In this document: piece after piece, positions 34,701 to 47,400 of the stretch
How positions within the stretch are numbered: position 1 is the first letter of the stretch
Layout of the letters: every line of letters begins with the position of its first letter
Assembly (NCBI GenBank): GCA_003427395.1
Contig: BFEA01000006.1
Span: 5,673,143 to 5,734,691, forward strand
From: Chara braunii
Lineage: Eukaryota; Plantae; Charophyceae
Direction of reading: 5' to 3'
Length of the DNA stretch: 61,549 nucleotides
Position numbers and translations under genes: made by a program
The notes under the pieces: generated by a model
Database searches by the model: none
Told to the model about the DNA's origin: nothing
Seen by the model: only the letters and a program-made list of their open reading frames with translations

Positions 34701-35947
34701 CATCCCTGCCTCTAAACGTTAACGAACTAAGCCTGAGAGGTGTTCTTCTGAAGGTTCTAGCTATATCACAATCGGTGTAAATGTCTCAACTAATTATGTC
34801 CGTGAGTGAGGACTCAGATTATCTCATTCAATGACTTTTTGTTACTCGTTGAGACTGAGGTTACCCCATCTGCATGTGCGGATGGGTAATTTCCAGTCGT
34901 TTTTCTGAACACTGAGCCTAGTCGAGGGGACTTAAGGGTCTCATTGACTAAGGCTTAATGTTGATGGCTTTTAGTGCAGCCGGATCTGGAAATTACAGAN
35001 TACCTGAATTAGGATACCAATCCANNGCGCCNTGAGCTTTGGANGTTACAATTNTCTCGTNTGCCTTGTAAACGGGGATTACTCATCGCCTAGCACNTGG
35101 TTAGTTCACACCTTANCNTGTGCTACGNGTGNNACACAATTAGAGGTTGGCTGGTCTGGGGAAATCAGTAAAGTTNCTCGTGAAAGAGTGGCCCTAAGTG
35201 AAGGNCAAACTCATCATCGTGTCGCTAAGCATAGCANCTNCGAAAACAATCCCTCGGATCTATACNGTAGTCAAGTTTTGGTGTTTTGAACCCAGTTAAT
35301 NTGATNTGTACCTGGCGGTTAATANCCCGAGAGAACTGGGCTATGTAAATNAAGGCCCTACTTGGTAGCTTTTGAATTGCAGTCAGCCTTTACCTGATTG
35401 CTTCCAGTTTCAGAGTCTTGTTTTTCTGACCCTGGGTCTTACACGGTTGGGCTGGAACAGGGAAATGAGGGCTAAAACTACTGTACGGGTGATCTGTTTG
35501 TCGTGCTGAGGTTTAACCAGGTATTGAGGAGGAGGACAATCAATGAGCTTTTAGGAGGACAGTCAATGAGCGTTTGTAAGAGGAGCTGACTATCTGTTCT
35601 GTCTTGAGGTTAAGTCTGATTGAATGCCCAGTGAAGCATCGGAGGAACAATAGTAATCGCCCTCAGTTTGCAACCTCTCGATGCTCAGTATAGTGATCGG
35701 TTAGCAAATGGCCGCCATTTGCTAGCCCTTAGTTGAATTTCTCATGAACAGTGCTCAAGTGATTGTCTCGAACAACAACTAATAGGAAAATGATACTCAA
35801 TGTGAAAACGGGCGAGTTAGTTCGTTAGAGAATTTATTATGATTGGGGATGCTTGAAGCTTGTACTATCTATCCCTTTTGACAGGGTTATTCAGCAAAGA
35901 GATATTCATATACTGGCCTCGCTTTTACTCATCGACCTAGCTGAGAA

Positions 35948-36199
35948 ATGGGGGATGAGGATACAGTGAGAGTAACCTGCTCTCTTCGCCAAGGCACGTC
36001 TGAAGATTGGAGAGAGACGGCCATCGAGGAATATAATTTGCAAACAACCATGATGATGGAGCACACGCTGACATTAGTAAGATACCACACTAAAATTGAG
36101 TACATCTATTATTTGCACGACAAAAACGGAAGATTCTGTGCTACCATCTCATCAGTGGGCTCGGTCGCGGATGCAAGGAGAACTGTCTATGGGCGTTAA
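35948..36199 (+). CDS. Accessory protein family 2, member a (3' LTR copy)
   Basis: 83 aa, open, a few substitutions relative to 15404-15655. Confidence 0.6.
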   Translation: MGDEDTVRVTCSLRQGTSEDWRETAIEEYNLQTTMMMEHTLTLVRYHTKIEYIYYLHDKNGRFCATISSVGSVADARRTVYGR

Positions 36200-36563
36200 T
36201 GAGATGACACGTCATCAGACTAAAGCAGATAGGGAAAGTTGAGTCATTCCCAAAACTGGATTCAATCGAATGCATGGTAAAGCTACTAAAGCATAGAGGC
36301 GGCTAGCAATCAGTTCATTCAGCAATCAGTCCAAAAAACAGTTCGATAACGAGTTCAGCAATCAGTTCATTCAGCAATCACTCTAGAAAACAGTTCGGTA
36401 ACGAGTTCCGCAATCAGTTCATTCAGCAATCAGTCCAGTAAACAGTTCGGTAATCAGATCTGCAATCAGTTTAGCGATCAATTAAGCAATCAGTATAGCA
36501 ATTAGTTCATCAAATCAGCAATTAAATCAGCAGACAACCAGCAAGCAACAACCATCATCATAC

Positions 36564-37181
36564 ATGAGTGCATTCCACTACTATTCAGTTAGCGATTCAG
36601 TGTTGGCCAACCTCAATAGGATCTCCATCAAGGAGGCTATTCGGTACCGATATGTTAGTGCCACATGTTTCAAGAGAGGGGACCTGTCGGTCTTCGTTAT
36701 GCTCACCAGTTTTGTAGGAGGCACTATCCATGACCTGAGACTCTACCTGAAGGAGGGAAAGGAGGATCATGAGCACTTTGACTCATTCTGGATCCCGGCA
36801 AGCAGCTATCTCAGTCAGAGGGAGCGTGAGTACGATGAGAGAGGAGACATGTTGATCCGTAGTTTTGGACCAAAGCTCTACTCTGACTACCCCAAACCCC
36901 CGGTACCATGTCTGCTCACTGATGGGACCTGCTGGGTAGATTTAGTTGATTTGGCAAAGAGATATGTCTCTCCCTCTTTGATATGTCACGAGGACTCATC
37001 GGAGCATCAGCCTACGCGCTGGGACGAGTTCTTTTCCATGGTCAACTATCGGATCATGTGTGGGGGTTGGGATTGCTCCAGGCTCGTTGGATACAGATGG
37101 CTCTATGGCCCGATGCCTCGATCTCAGAGGACACGTAGACACGTGTCGAGGCAGAGGAGGGGGACAGTTGTGACAGATTGA
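36564..37181 (+). CDS. Accessory protein family 1, member a (intact, 205 aa)
   Basis: Full ATG-to-stop ORF; paralogous to member b along its length (DLSVFV.LT.F..G.I.DLR.YLK.GKE.H.HFD..W, SFGPKL.SD.PKPPVP..LTDG.C...LVD.AK.Y.SP). Confidence 0.8.
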   Translation: MSAFHYYSVSDSVLANLNRISIKEAIRYRYVSATCFKRGDLSVFVMLTSFVGGTIHDLRLYLKEGKEDHEHFDSFWIPASSYLSQREREYDERGDMLIRSFGPKLYSDYPKPPVPCLLTDGTCWVDLVDLAKRYVSPSLICHEDSSEHQPTRWDEFFSMVNYRIMCGGWDCSRLVGYRWLYGPMPRSQRTRRHVSRQRRGTVVTD

Positions 37182-37230
37182 GGGTAAGATCCAGCAGAGT
37201 CTGGTGAACGACCAACAGTGATTTAAGCAC

Positions 37231-37908
37231 ATGTCAGAGATCAAGCCCATCACGATTGACCAGTTGGTTTTTGACAAACTCAACCGGTTGTCTTCAAGAG
37301 AGAGCTTTCCTTACAAGTATGTCAGGATTGATGGTTTCAAGCTGGAAGATCTGTCAATCTTCGTTGCTCTCACTGAGTTCGCAGAAGGCATGATCAAAGA
37401 CCTACGGATTTATCTAAAAAATGGTAAAGAGAACCATACACATTTTGATGCGTTGTGGGCTGCTGCAGTCGGATTCGTGCGGCGGAAAGTGGATCAGCTG
37501 GAGGGTGGCACGAGGCTAGCTTATAGCTTCGGTCCCAAACTTTTTTCTGACAATCCTAAACCTCCAGTTCCATACTGTCTTACAGACGGATCCTGCTGTG
37601 AAGGTTTGGTGGATTTTGCTAAGAAGTATCTTTCTCCTGCAACAATTGACTATGAGGCACTGACAGAGCTTTCCGAGTTCCCTCATTTCAGACGAAGGGT
37701 CTTCTCACGGCCGTATCTTCCCTCTACATGGGAAGAATTTTGTATCTTCCTGGACTTACACATGAGTCATGGATGTGATTATCTAAAGATAGCAAGCTTC
37801 AGGTGGTGTTTCATTGAAAAGCCTCAGCCTCAGGAAGTGCAGAGAAGTGACCAAAAGCATGAGAGACAACCAGCTAGACGAGAGAGACAGAGATGTTTAG
37901 AGGGATGA
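37231..37908 (+). CDS. Accessory protein family 1, member b (intact, 225 aa)
   Basis: Full ATG-to-stop ORF; tandem paralog of member a. Confidence 0.8.
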   Translation: MSEIKPITIDQLVFDKLNRLSSRESFPYKYVRIDGFKLEDLSIFVALTEFAEGMIKDLRIYLKNGKENHTHFDALWAAAVGFVRRKVDQLEGGTRLAYSFGPKLFSDNPKPPVPYCLTDGSCCEGLVDFAKKYLSPATIDYEALTELSEFPHFRRRVFSRPYLPSTWEEFCIFLDLHMSHGCDYLKIASFRWCFIEKPQPQEVQRSDQKHERQPARRERQRCLEG

Positions 37909-38379
37909 GTGAGGACTCTTGACTAGTGCTGGTCACTCTCTTTTCATATGTACTTTCTGAAACTATTAGGAGTTCTCACTTTTCCCTCATTCACCCTGTC
38001 TTTGCCTTGAGTCAGTCAGTCTGGGTGTTCCCTTCTGGCGTTTGATTGATGATTGCACTTCATTGCTGATTATGTCGCAGTTCTCAATCCCCTAAATTGG
38101 CATCTTAATGCACATATGGCACATTTAATTTAAATTTTATTATCTGCATTATCATTGCTGTTCCAAATCACAATTAAAGATTCCTAAGACCGGGGTCCGG
38201 TGAAGACCGTAATTGAAAGGTCTCGCTCGAAGCCGGATGCACACAACAGGAAGGGATTTGCACTATTTTATTTATTTTATTTATTTTATTTATTGAGAGC
38301 ACAACCAAAATCCTGCGTGACAACCTGTTGGCTTTCCGGCCGCCTAAAGTGGCTCGACTGGGAAAAAGTGCGACAGCGG

Positions 38380-38430
38380 CCGGGAAGGTCCCGCGCTGCA
38401 TCGTGCGGTGTCAGACCGATGCGCTCGACA
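38380..38430 (+). mobile_element. Displaced terminal ~50 bp of family-A LTR copy 1
   Basis: CCGGGAAGGTCCCGCGCTGC...ACCGATGCGCTCGACA matches 48816-48866. Confidence 0.85.
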
Positions 38431-39114
38431 CCGTTGTATTTCGGTTGCATGGGGCCTTGGTTTTTCTCGATTTTCTCTGCAAAATCAAGAGAAAATCAAG
38501 GTCCTTTGCAACCGCCATGTTCCAGAATGTATCTGGTCACGGATGTATCCCCCCAAGTAACCGTTTTTTACTTTTTTTTTTTTTGTTTTTTTTTTTTTTT
38601 TTTCTTTTTCTTTTTCCTCATTTCTTGGACAGTAGGGACCTGCCAGTCCCTACTTGTTGCAGTCCCTACTGACGACCAACTCACTCACTCTCTCTCATTC
38701 TTTTTATCTTATTCTCCTTTTTTTTTTTTTTTTTTTTTTTTCTAGCATGTCAAGTGTCAAGTGGTCGTTAAGGTCCTTTTCTAGGTCTTTCCTCTTAGTT
38801 TTGACCCTCCCTATGCCCATGGTGCAGCCCGTTATATCTCGGACTGCAATAATGGCTCCCTCATGCCCATGGGAGTTTCCTTTTACCTCTATTTCTCTCA
38901 CATAGTATCCCCTCTTACTCTGAGTTTTTTCGGGAGGCCTATTTTTCACATGGAGTCTCTTTTGACTCTATTTTCTTAAGGGAGGCTGATTCGAGATTTT
39001 TCGGATTGCTCCCATGCCTCCAACTTCATGTTTCTTTACTTTTTTCTTTTCGTTTTGGCTTTCCCATTTGCTACCACTAATGGTGCTAATATTTTTGGCC
39101 GTAAAGATCGAGAT

Positions 39115-39512
39115 CTTGACGGTGCATCTTGTTTTAATTGTTTTCTCCTCATGCCGCTCCGCCGTTTCTCTTGGGACCTCCACATGTCCCCGCCACTTGT
39201 CTCACCGATGGTCCCTGATACTTGTCCCGTCGGCGGTCCCCGACACTTTGTCCCGTCGGTGGTCCCCGACACTTATCCCGTCAGTGCTCCCCGACTCTTT
39301 GTCGGTGCATCTTGTTTTAATTGTTTTCTCCTCATGCAGCTTCGCTGTTTCTCTTGGGACCTTCACATGTCCCCGCCACTTGTCCCGCCAGAGGTCCCTG
39401 ATACTTGTCCCTTCGGTGGTCCGCGACACTTTGTCCCGTCGGTGGTCCCCGACACTTGTCCCGTCGGTGGTCCCCGACTCTTTGTCCCGTCGATGGTCCC
39501 CGACACTTGTCC
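39115..39512 (+). repeat. Minisatellite, ~25-26-bp unit TGTCCCGTCGGTGGTCCCCGACACT within a ~183-bp higher-order duplication
   Basis: Repeated units with internal GTCGG...CCGAC dyad; block CGGTGCATCTTGTTTTAATTG at 39120 and 39303. Confidence 0.85.
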
Positions 39513-40199
39513 GAAATACCATTATTCTAACTTAGTCTCACGTCGTTCCCGGTGCCCTCCCTCAAGGTGTCCTATGTTCCTTTGGCGTCTACCGCCCTCT
39601 GGTGGCCCTTTTCCCTTGTCTCTTCTTGGGCCTTCCACGCGCCAGTTTCTCCAGCCGTGGAGCCTCCAAATTTGTGGTTTCCGTTAATTGTCATAGGCGG
39701 CCCCTATGTTGGGCCCTTATTTTCTAGCATCCCACAGCCACCGGGATCGTCCACCTCTCGGCTTCCCTATTCTCTTGTCGTTCGCCTTGCCGCATTTGCA
39801 AAGTTAATGACCCATTGACCTTTATCATGCTGAATTTCAATGGCCCTCCTGGCGTCATGCTATGCTCCTATGCGCCCATGTCCTGGCGCTTACTTACTTG
39901 TCATCGCCGGTTCTTTTTCACTGCAGTTCTTAACCCAGGGCATCATTCCTCCCGACGCTCCCGTCTTAGTCCTTTGTCTTTTCTCTCTCTTGTCTCCTTA
40001 CTCTGGATTTCTCTGTCGTGCACAACTTGGCGATATACAAGCTCTCGAGTGTCGGGATGTTATTCGGGACCCACCGGTCCTGACACCGGTTCCTGTGGAA
40101 ACCAACAACAAAACAGTTAGAGGGCTTTCTGGTGAAAGTAGTGTGGGAAACGCTGACCTTCCCAAAGGAAAAAAGGAGACTTGGACTGATGGACATGGA

Positions 40200-41297
40200 A
40201 TTCATGAATCAAGCTCAATTGCGGACGTGGCTATGTAAAGTGGTAATGGCGGACTCAAGGCAACACTGACTACTACTGGCAGAGAGGCTGCTGATAGCAG
40301 AATAGGAGCTGGAACGTCCTGAAGATGTGTGGGCGTGCTTCTTCATGAAATCCTTCTGTAAGAAAAAACCGAAGTCGGGCTTCTGGGATGGGTTGCGGAA
40401 GGCATGGAAAAAACAGCCTTCAAAAACCCGAGAGAAACTGTAGACAAAAGAAAAAGCACTGGCGCAGATACTATTTGTAGTATTTGACAATTCCATTTAT
40501 AACCCACCAAGATGGTACACCCCTTGCAGCAGATGGATTAGCTGCAACGTTTGGCCTCGCATGGGTCCGTAGAGGGGTAACAAGAGTAAAGGGTCTTTGG
40601 TCTCTGCTGTTGGGAGGCTGAAAACCGCGGGCAAAGGTGAAACAAAAACTTAGTGGACTTCACAGTGTAGAGGACAACTGAAGATTGGTGAACTGAGGAA
40701 TGGCTGGAGCTGTTAGGACCAGAAGGGGTGGACCCACCAGGTAGGTGGTACGTGGCACCACAGGAAGAAGACCTAGTAGTTGTCTGGAAGGTGCAGGGGA
40801 TCGAACCGAGCGGATTTAGACGGGTAGAGTGGTGGAAAGCAACAAATCACACAAACATGTTGGAGAAAGTGGGGGAAGAAGTAATCATGGCATGGAACAA
40901 CCCCCCACAGGTTTGGGTGGTGGAAGCAGCAGGCAAGGGGCCGAGAACCAGGAGGCTTACATGGGTTGGCAGAGCCTCATTAAGAGAGCTCAACATAGAC
41001 CCATTGGCTTGGGCCTGGAACAGAGAACCAAAAGGATATAAGGACCTGTCTCTGTATGCTCACTCGGTGAAAACAGGGTACGCAATCACTGGGAGAAAGA
41101 GAAAAACTCCAACGGCGATAGCAACAAGAAGGTGGTAGGCTCTACTAGGAGAGAAACTCCAAGACTCAGAGGAACAGTTTTACAGACTATGGGAAATGTT
41201 AAGCACATTACCAAATGGGAAACAAATAAGTATGTTATGACTCCTTTCCCTATTGGTCACACCTTCAGCAGTTTGGCTATAGAGCAGAGGAATGACT
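40200..41297 (+). mobile_element. Degenerate non-LTR (LINE-like) ORF2 C-terminal fragment
   Basis: Trp-rich broken frames (FWDGLRKAWKK; WAWN...HSVKTGY...RRW*...FYRLWEML..LP) resemble the post-RT region of L1-type ORF2. No RT core is seen. Confidence 0.45.
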
Positions 41298-41423
41298 ATT
41301 GATTTTCGCTGCAGACAGTGTAACTGACCTTTCGAATATACCCATCACCTTTGGTGGGAATGTCCTGCCTCCAAATGAATTTGGAAGTTATGGGAATGCC
41401 ACTGGAACACAAGCGGTTATCGG

Positions 41424-44400
41424 TGTCGGCGCGAATACCCTTACGAGGGTATCCGCCCTGGTTTTTGCAAGTGACAGAAAATAGTTTTGGTTTACAGTTT
41501 AAGTATACCGCGCTAGGCGCGGCTGCGTCTGCAATTTACGTTGACTGGATGGTTGACTCGAGTAAAGAGTGTGTGGGCGCGCAGGTTCGAGGCGCGCGTG
41601 ATTCCGTTTCTATCGTTGGTTATAAAGCCGGCGCGGACGCCGGTCGGTTTGTTTTTAATTTATCTTTATTTTTATTTTTATTTATTCTTGGTTAGATTAG
41701 GATTTAAAGATATTTGTCTTTGGTCGGTATGTTTGACTAAGTTACACGTGCGTACGGAAGACGACCTTGACGGCGGCGACGACAGCGACAGTGTGACTGC
41801 GGCAGGTCCTGGCACGCGGAGCGGCGCGAGTGGCGGTCGTGGTATAGCTTGGTAAGTCAGCGCAGGCGCTGGGCGGCCGCGCGCACGGTCGTAGGCTGAG
41901 ATGAGGCTCAGGCCGATTTCCTTGGCCCTGAGCACAGCGCCGCACCGCCTTATATGGCACTCCGCGGATGGTGGTCTCAGGCTTGGGCTTAACCCTATAG
42001 GTTACGGCATTGGACTGATACTACGGAGGTTCGGGGATTGAGGTCGGCGGGCGTCAGCGCAGCAGTTGCAGCGGAGCGGCATGAAGAGGATCGAGGAGTC
42101 GAGGGCCCGACGGGGCTATCCTCCTTCGTTTTTGTTTACAGGCGTGGAGGAGGGGGCCGATACGTAAAACCGCCTGTTGAAATTCCCCGTTTTAAGTTTT
42201 ATTAGTTTTATTTTTTGTCTAACCCCTTTTTTTATTTTTGTTTTACTCACGTCCCGTTCTAGGACGTGATATCGGGTCTGATGCAGGGTCACGTGGTGTG
42301 TGTTGTATTCGCTGGGCTGCCTGAAGTGCAATTACAAACTGCTTTCGCGGCTGCGCCGAAGCCGCGCCCCATTTTGCCTTGGGACGTGGTGTCGTGGGTG
42401 GAATGCGGGGCCGTGGTTACTTTTAGGGCCTATGGGCCTGGCTCAGCGGTACACCCATTGAAATACAGGCCTGAGCTCCAGCCCAACTGGTTTTGTTTTG
42501 GGCCCGGTCAGGCGCTGGCAGTGCCGTGAGGTGCCTGCCACTGGGAGGAGTCCGTCGGGACACCCGTTGGAATTGGAACGATACAGAGATGATTAGCGTG
42601 GTCCCTGCGCGAGAATGGCTCGCGTAAGTAAAAGAGGTGAGCCCGTACGCCTGGGCTTTCATTTTTTTTCCTTCCTGTCTTCTCTTTTTTTTCTACCTTT
42701 CGATTGTATGCGCTCAATGGAATCGGCCGTCGGAGTAGGTATAGGGGCGAAAGACTAATCGAACTGTCTTGTCTAGTAGTTGGGTTCCTCCGAGGTTTCC
42801 CCTGCTAACGCCAGATGGGCCGGGTGCTGAGGCTGCGCTGGGAGCCGCGGGGCCGCTACGGCCAGGTTGTTGCGCCGGTCGTTGGAGAGGCAAGGCCGAC
42901 AGGGGCGGTGGGAGTGAAAGGAGTGAACCGGGATGGGAAGCCGGGACAGGTGCGTGCGGCGCAGGGGGATCAAAGTTGACGGGGTACTGGGTTCGGGCGG
43001 CAGGGAGGAAAGCGCAAAATCACGGGAGAGGCGCTTAGATAGGCTGCAGCGGGTAGGCAGAAGGGGGCCGACCGGGAAGCGACGGGCTGGTAGAGAGAGG
43101 GGATGAACCCGGGTGGGAAGATGCGTCGGGTGCAGACGGAGGTGGCAGGGAGTAGAAGGGAGGGAAGGTAAGAGAAGAGGTAGTGGGGTGATAGCATGAC
43201 GGGTGATGGGCTGCGGGCAGAAGGGGAGGTAGCGGTGTGGCCACGCTAAAGTGAGGATCGCAGCTAAGGCGGAGGGAAAACGAACCCTGACATGGGCCTG
43301 GCTAGGTGCATGAGGGAGCATAGCGGGCGATGGCTGAGCCGAGCACGGTCAAGAGAAGGTAACTCTCTCGATCTTTAGCGGAATCGAGAGAGGGAGGATG
43401 CGTTTCCAGGGTTTTAACCCCCTGTGAGTTGAATGTTGTAGTCGGACTGAGTGATACGTTAGTAGAAGGAGAGTTAATAAGAAAAGAGTGTGCGTTGGGC
43501 TATGGCGGAGGGGAGAAAGATAAAGGGTGAAAATGCTACAGTTCGGTCGTTTCTCGACCGTTTACAGCAATCGAAGATGCGAAATCGGGGTTTTGAGGGA
43601 AGGCGAGTTCAGCCATGACGTTAGTTTTTGGGATAGGTGAGTAGAACAGGAGGTATGAGGGAAGGAGCTCCGCGGAGATATGGCGAAGGGGAGAGGAGAT
43701 GAAGTAGGAATAGGTGATAGCCCACCCGAGGGTGAACAGAGCGGGTAGGGGGCAGGACTCTACGGCAGGAGCGGCGCAAGGCAGGGGCGACGAGCTAGCA
43801 GCGAGCAGGCAACGGGGAGACGAAGCAGCGGACATAGGGCAGAGGTAGAGCTGGACCGGGTGAACCTGGCCTGGGTCCCCGCCCAGGTACATTCGGAGAT
43901 GGCGGGGAGATGACCAAGGCGGTGCGTGGCAGAAGATCGGGCCAACGGGTACGTACGACGGGGGAGGACAAGCACTGCAGCGCCAGGTAAGGGCGGACTG
44001 CGCAGAGGGAATGCTCGAGAGCAAAGATGTATCTTTCCGCATTATAGCGGAAGATTCATTTTCTGTTTCTTCGTGCATGTTCATATGAGGCATGGCCATT
44101 TGCAATAAGCGCACGTACAGAGAGAGGGGGAGAGAGGACGTACCTCGAAAAGTCGAACTGGCGAAACAGGATGAACTGAAGTTGGCGGCAATGCGGCGAG
44201 CTTACCATCTGGGCAGCACGTAATGGCTGGAGATCCCTGCCAACCCATTGCACTTTGACTGGGCGAGGGGGCTGCCCACTCAGTCGGGCGAAGCAGCAGG
44301 AGACGGTAAGAAGGTAGGAGATCTGCTGGTTAGTTGGGGGACTGTCTGTGCCATCGATCAAGCTAGCAAGGGTTGAGAACTGGGGGCCGGTGAGCTTACC

Positions 44401-47400
44401 TATTGGCCCTTACGTGCCTATCCGGCCATGGGGCCGAAATAGCAAGGCTCGTAAGGAGGAGGGCATTGGCGCAGGCAAGAGACCACACAAGGGGGGTTAT
44501 GGCCAGGCTTGCGAGCCCATGCAGTGCTCAACGGGAGTAGTGAGGTGGTGGTGAGCGTCCGACAGGGCTATAGTTGCTGGAGAAGGGTTTTAAGTGGGTG
44601 CCTGCCCAACTGTGGACTGCTCAAAGCTGGGAACTTGTAGCACAACTATGCTGTGCTCATGAAGTATGCTGCGGCTAGGCTGCTGCTACTGTGCTTTCGC
44701 TATTTTGTCTTTATGCTTGTTGTCTACCGCTGAGCATCCGCTGCTGGGTCGTCGGTAGTTAGCGTTGTGCAAGCTATTGCTATTGGCAGAGTCGGTTGCT
44801 GTGTGGGTAAACATCGGTGCCACCACCGGGTATTCTGATATTACTGTTAGGGCTGACCTACGGCTGAGGTTGGAAAGGCAAGGGTTGTTGCACCTTGTCT
44901 CCCTGCGGGCATAGCTAGAAAGGTGGTGTATGGGACCATACACGCGGCGTGGCTTATCCTAACTATCAGAGTGGCGTGAGGTGGGCAGGGAGAGTGAGGG
45001 CTTGTCTGTTAGTCATGCGTTGTCCTTCTTATTAATGGTGGTATAATGAAGCTAGCTATGAGAGTGAAGGATTACCTACCTGCCGGGGCGCTGCTCATTC
45101 TACCGCGCGGGATAGCGAGGAGAGAGGGTTCACTGCTGCGACTTGGAGGTTCGCGGGGAGGGATCGCTTGACTTCGGTTTGACCTGCGGCCATGCGTTTT
45201 GGCCACCATTGCGGGGCCCTCAGGCGCCGAAGATCTCAAGGCCCTCTCATGCGAGTCTGAGAGCACCTCTCTTGGATCTGAGAGTCTCAAATCTACCTTC
45301 CTCTGCCCATCTTACTTTAGGTCTAGTCTATTGGTTCTGAGAGGAAGGCGGCAGGCGGGATTGCAACCCGTAATCCGCGCCAAGGCCTCTATGGGAGGTT
45401 CACCCCACCGATTGCTGGAGCCCTGCCGGAACTCAAGAGGAGTTCTGGAGGCAGGGAACTCAGAGGTTATCATTGCCTTCCCCTATAAACCCGGTATAAC
45501 CCTTATCTACACTCCTCCCTATGTATCGGTTGACTATGCTGAGTGCAACCCTTACTTTGACTTTTTTGATTGACTTCAGGACACAAATCAGACCAACTAA
45601 AGGAATGCATGTAAAATAGCAGTTTCAGTTTCTTTGGTTGCCTGAAAGCAGATTGTCGCAAAGGGATGTATTAGTGGGAAGGTTGGAAGGAAGGCGGTTT
45701 TGCTTGTGGTTGAATGGGTCTTATAGGGTCAGGCATTGTTTCTAAGATGAATGGTCTGACTGTTGTGTTTTGTTCTGTTTTCTGAAAAACCAAGCATTGT
45801 TTCTAAGATGAATGGCTTGGTTGCTGTGTTTCTTTAATTTTGCCAGACATTGTTTCTAAGATGAATGGTCTGGCTACTTATTTCTGAGGGGGTATTGATC
45901 GCTTGACTTTTGAGGGTCAGACATTGTTTATAAGTTGAATGGTTTGGCCGCTGTTTCACTTGGGTGGTTTCTGAAAAGTTTCTTGGTCAAGCCCAAGGTA
46001 CTCTGTTTTTTTTATGTTGAAAAAGGGAAAGCTGAGCATTGTTTCTAAGGTGAATGGCTCAATCTCTCCTTGATTGTTTTTATTCTGAGATAGGATTTAG
46101 GGCCAAAGGACTAGACATTGTTTCTAAGATGAATGGTCTAAGTCTGAGGCCTCAGGACTATAATGAGAACAAAGAAATAGGATTTTCTATAATGTAGTGT
46201 GTATATGTACTTATATACAAACAAGGCTAGTCAGGCATTGTTTCTAAGATGAATGGCCTGACTATAGCCTTATCACAAGCGAAGACAGTATAATCAAGAG
46301 TTATAACTTAAGGTAACTTGGGCAAGCTGGGCATTGTTTCTAAGATGAATGACCCAACCCTATGCCCTCTTCTTAAGGACTAAGGTGTTGAAAGGTATAT
46401 ATAACTTGGCTATTTAAATAGTTCAGGGCGACTAAGCATAGTTTCTAAGATGAATGGCTTGGTCTGGTGCCCTAATGAAGAGAAAAGTAGTTGTGCAGCC
46501 TGTTCGTGTATAATTAAGGCAGAGGGCTGGCATTGTTTCTAAGATGAATGACCAATCCCAATGCCCTATGTAAGCCGAGAGTAAAGGGTTAAATAATTGA
46601 AAGACTATGAATTATTGTTTGTTAAATTGACTCGGGGTGACGAGAGTACTTACCTTTGTAGTTTGGCCTGCATGTGGCTGAGTGAGGTTACTACTTGGTC
46701 TGAGTTTTAGTTGACAGGTAGTTGCTTTAGAGGCTCGCCACGTGCTAGAGCGATAGGAGTTAGCTCAATTTCTGCATTTTTCGGGCTAAGTTTTTTTTAC
46801 TTAGATCAGTTCTCGCATTTTCTGAGATCTTTTGTTATACTTGGCTTTGTATAAATCTTGGTAAGCTATTTTCCCTACGGGAAGCGCTGCCGAATTTTTT
46901 GTAAATCCAAGGAGTTAGTCAAATTTCTGACTTGTCAAAGTTCAACTTGTCTAAAGTTTATATATGACTTAGTAAAAATATGGAAAGTCCCCTTTTCTAA
47001 AGAGAGTGCTGCCCAAATTTTTGCTAATTCAGGGAGTTAGACAAAATTGAACTTTGGAAAGTCAAAGACCATTTCTGGTTTCATGTTCAGGCTTATATAA
47101 ATTCTGAAAATACATTTTTCCTACGGGAAGCGCTGCCAAAAGTTTTCTAATTTAGAGGAGATAGATTATACAGGTGGCGATTCTGGCGATCTACCCTGAA
47201 TAGGGGAGATTTTGCCATTGGTCTACCTTGCCTTGGACACTGCTTGAGGGTAGACTTAGGCTTAGTTAATTAGGATGTTTTGAGTGGGATCATGATATGG
47301 GGATTATTTTCCATGAACTTATAGATCTAGCCGTGGGTATTGACTTGTCTTGTGTTACAGGTCCTCTTGATCGTGTTGATTCAGGATTTGGACTAGTTTC

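Larger units (their letters stand above)
9225..38375 (+). mobile_element. Full-length giant Ty3/gypsy LTR retrotransposon (29,151 bp, family B), coding-defective
   Basis: Two direct LTRs begin TGTCG and end CGACA. TSD GCGG at 9221-9224 and 38376-38379. PBS present. Domain order gag-PR-RT-RH-INT is the Ty3/gypsy order. Removing the element restores the family-A LTR end seen intact at ~48800-48866. Confidence 0.95.
29655..38375 (+). repeat. 3' LTR of element B (8,721 bp)
   Basis: Direct repeat of 9225-17842, followed by TSD GCGG. Contains an expanded (TTA)n at ~30535-30632. Confidence 0.93.

Noticed and set aside
38571-38960. Poly(A)-tailed retroposon 3' ends on the minus strand (T runs at ~38572 and ~38718)
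   Set aside because: Plausible, but no TSD or diagnostic body sequence could be identified.
39014-39687. Cys/Pro-rich 173-219-aa ORFs
   Set aside because: Translations of a minisatellite, open in several frames on both strands.
45726-46556. CRISPR array
   Set aside because: Eukaryotic LTR context, no cas genes, irregular spacing, and spacers that base-pair across the repeat and are orthologous to another LTR copy. Reported as a hairpin array instead.
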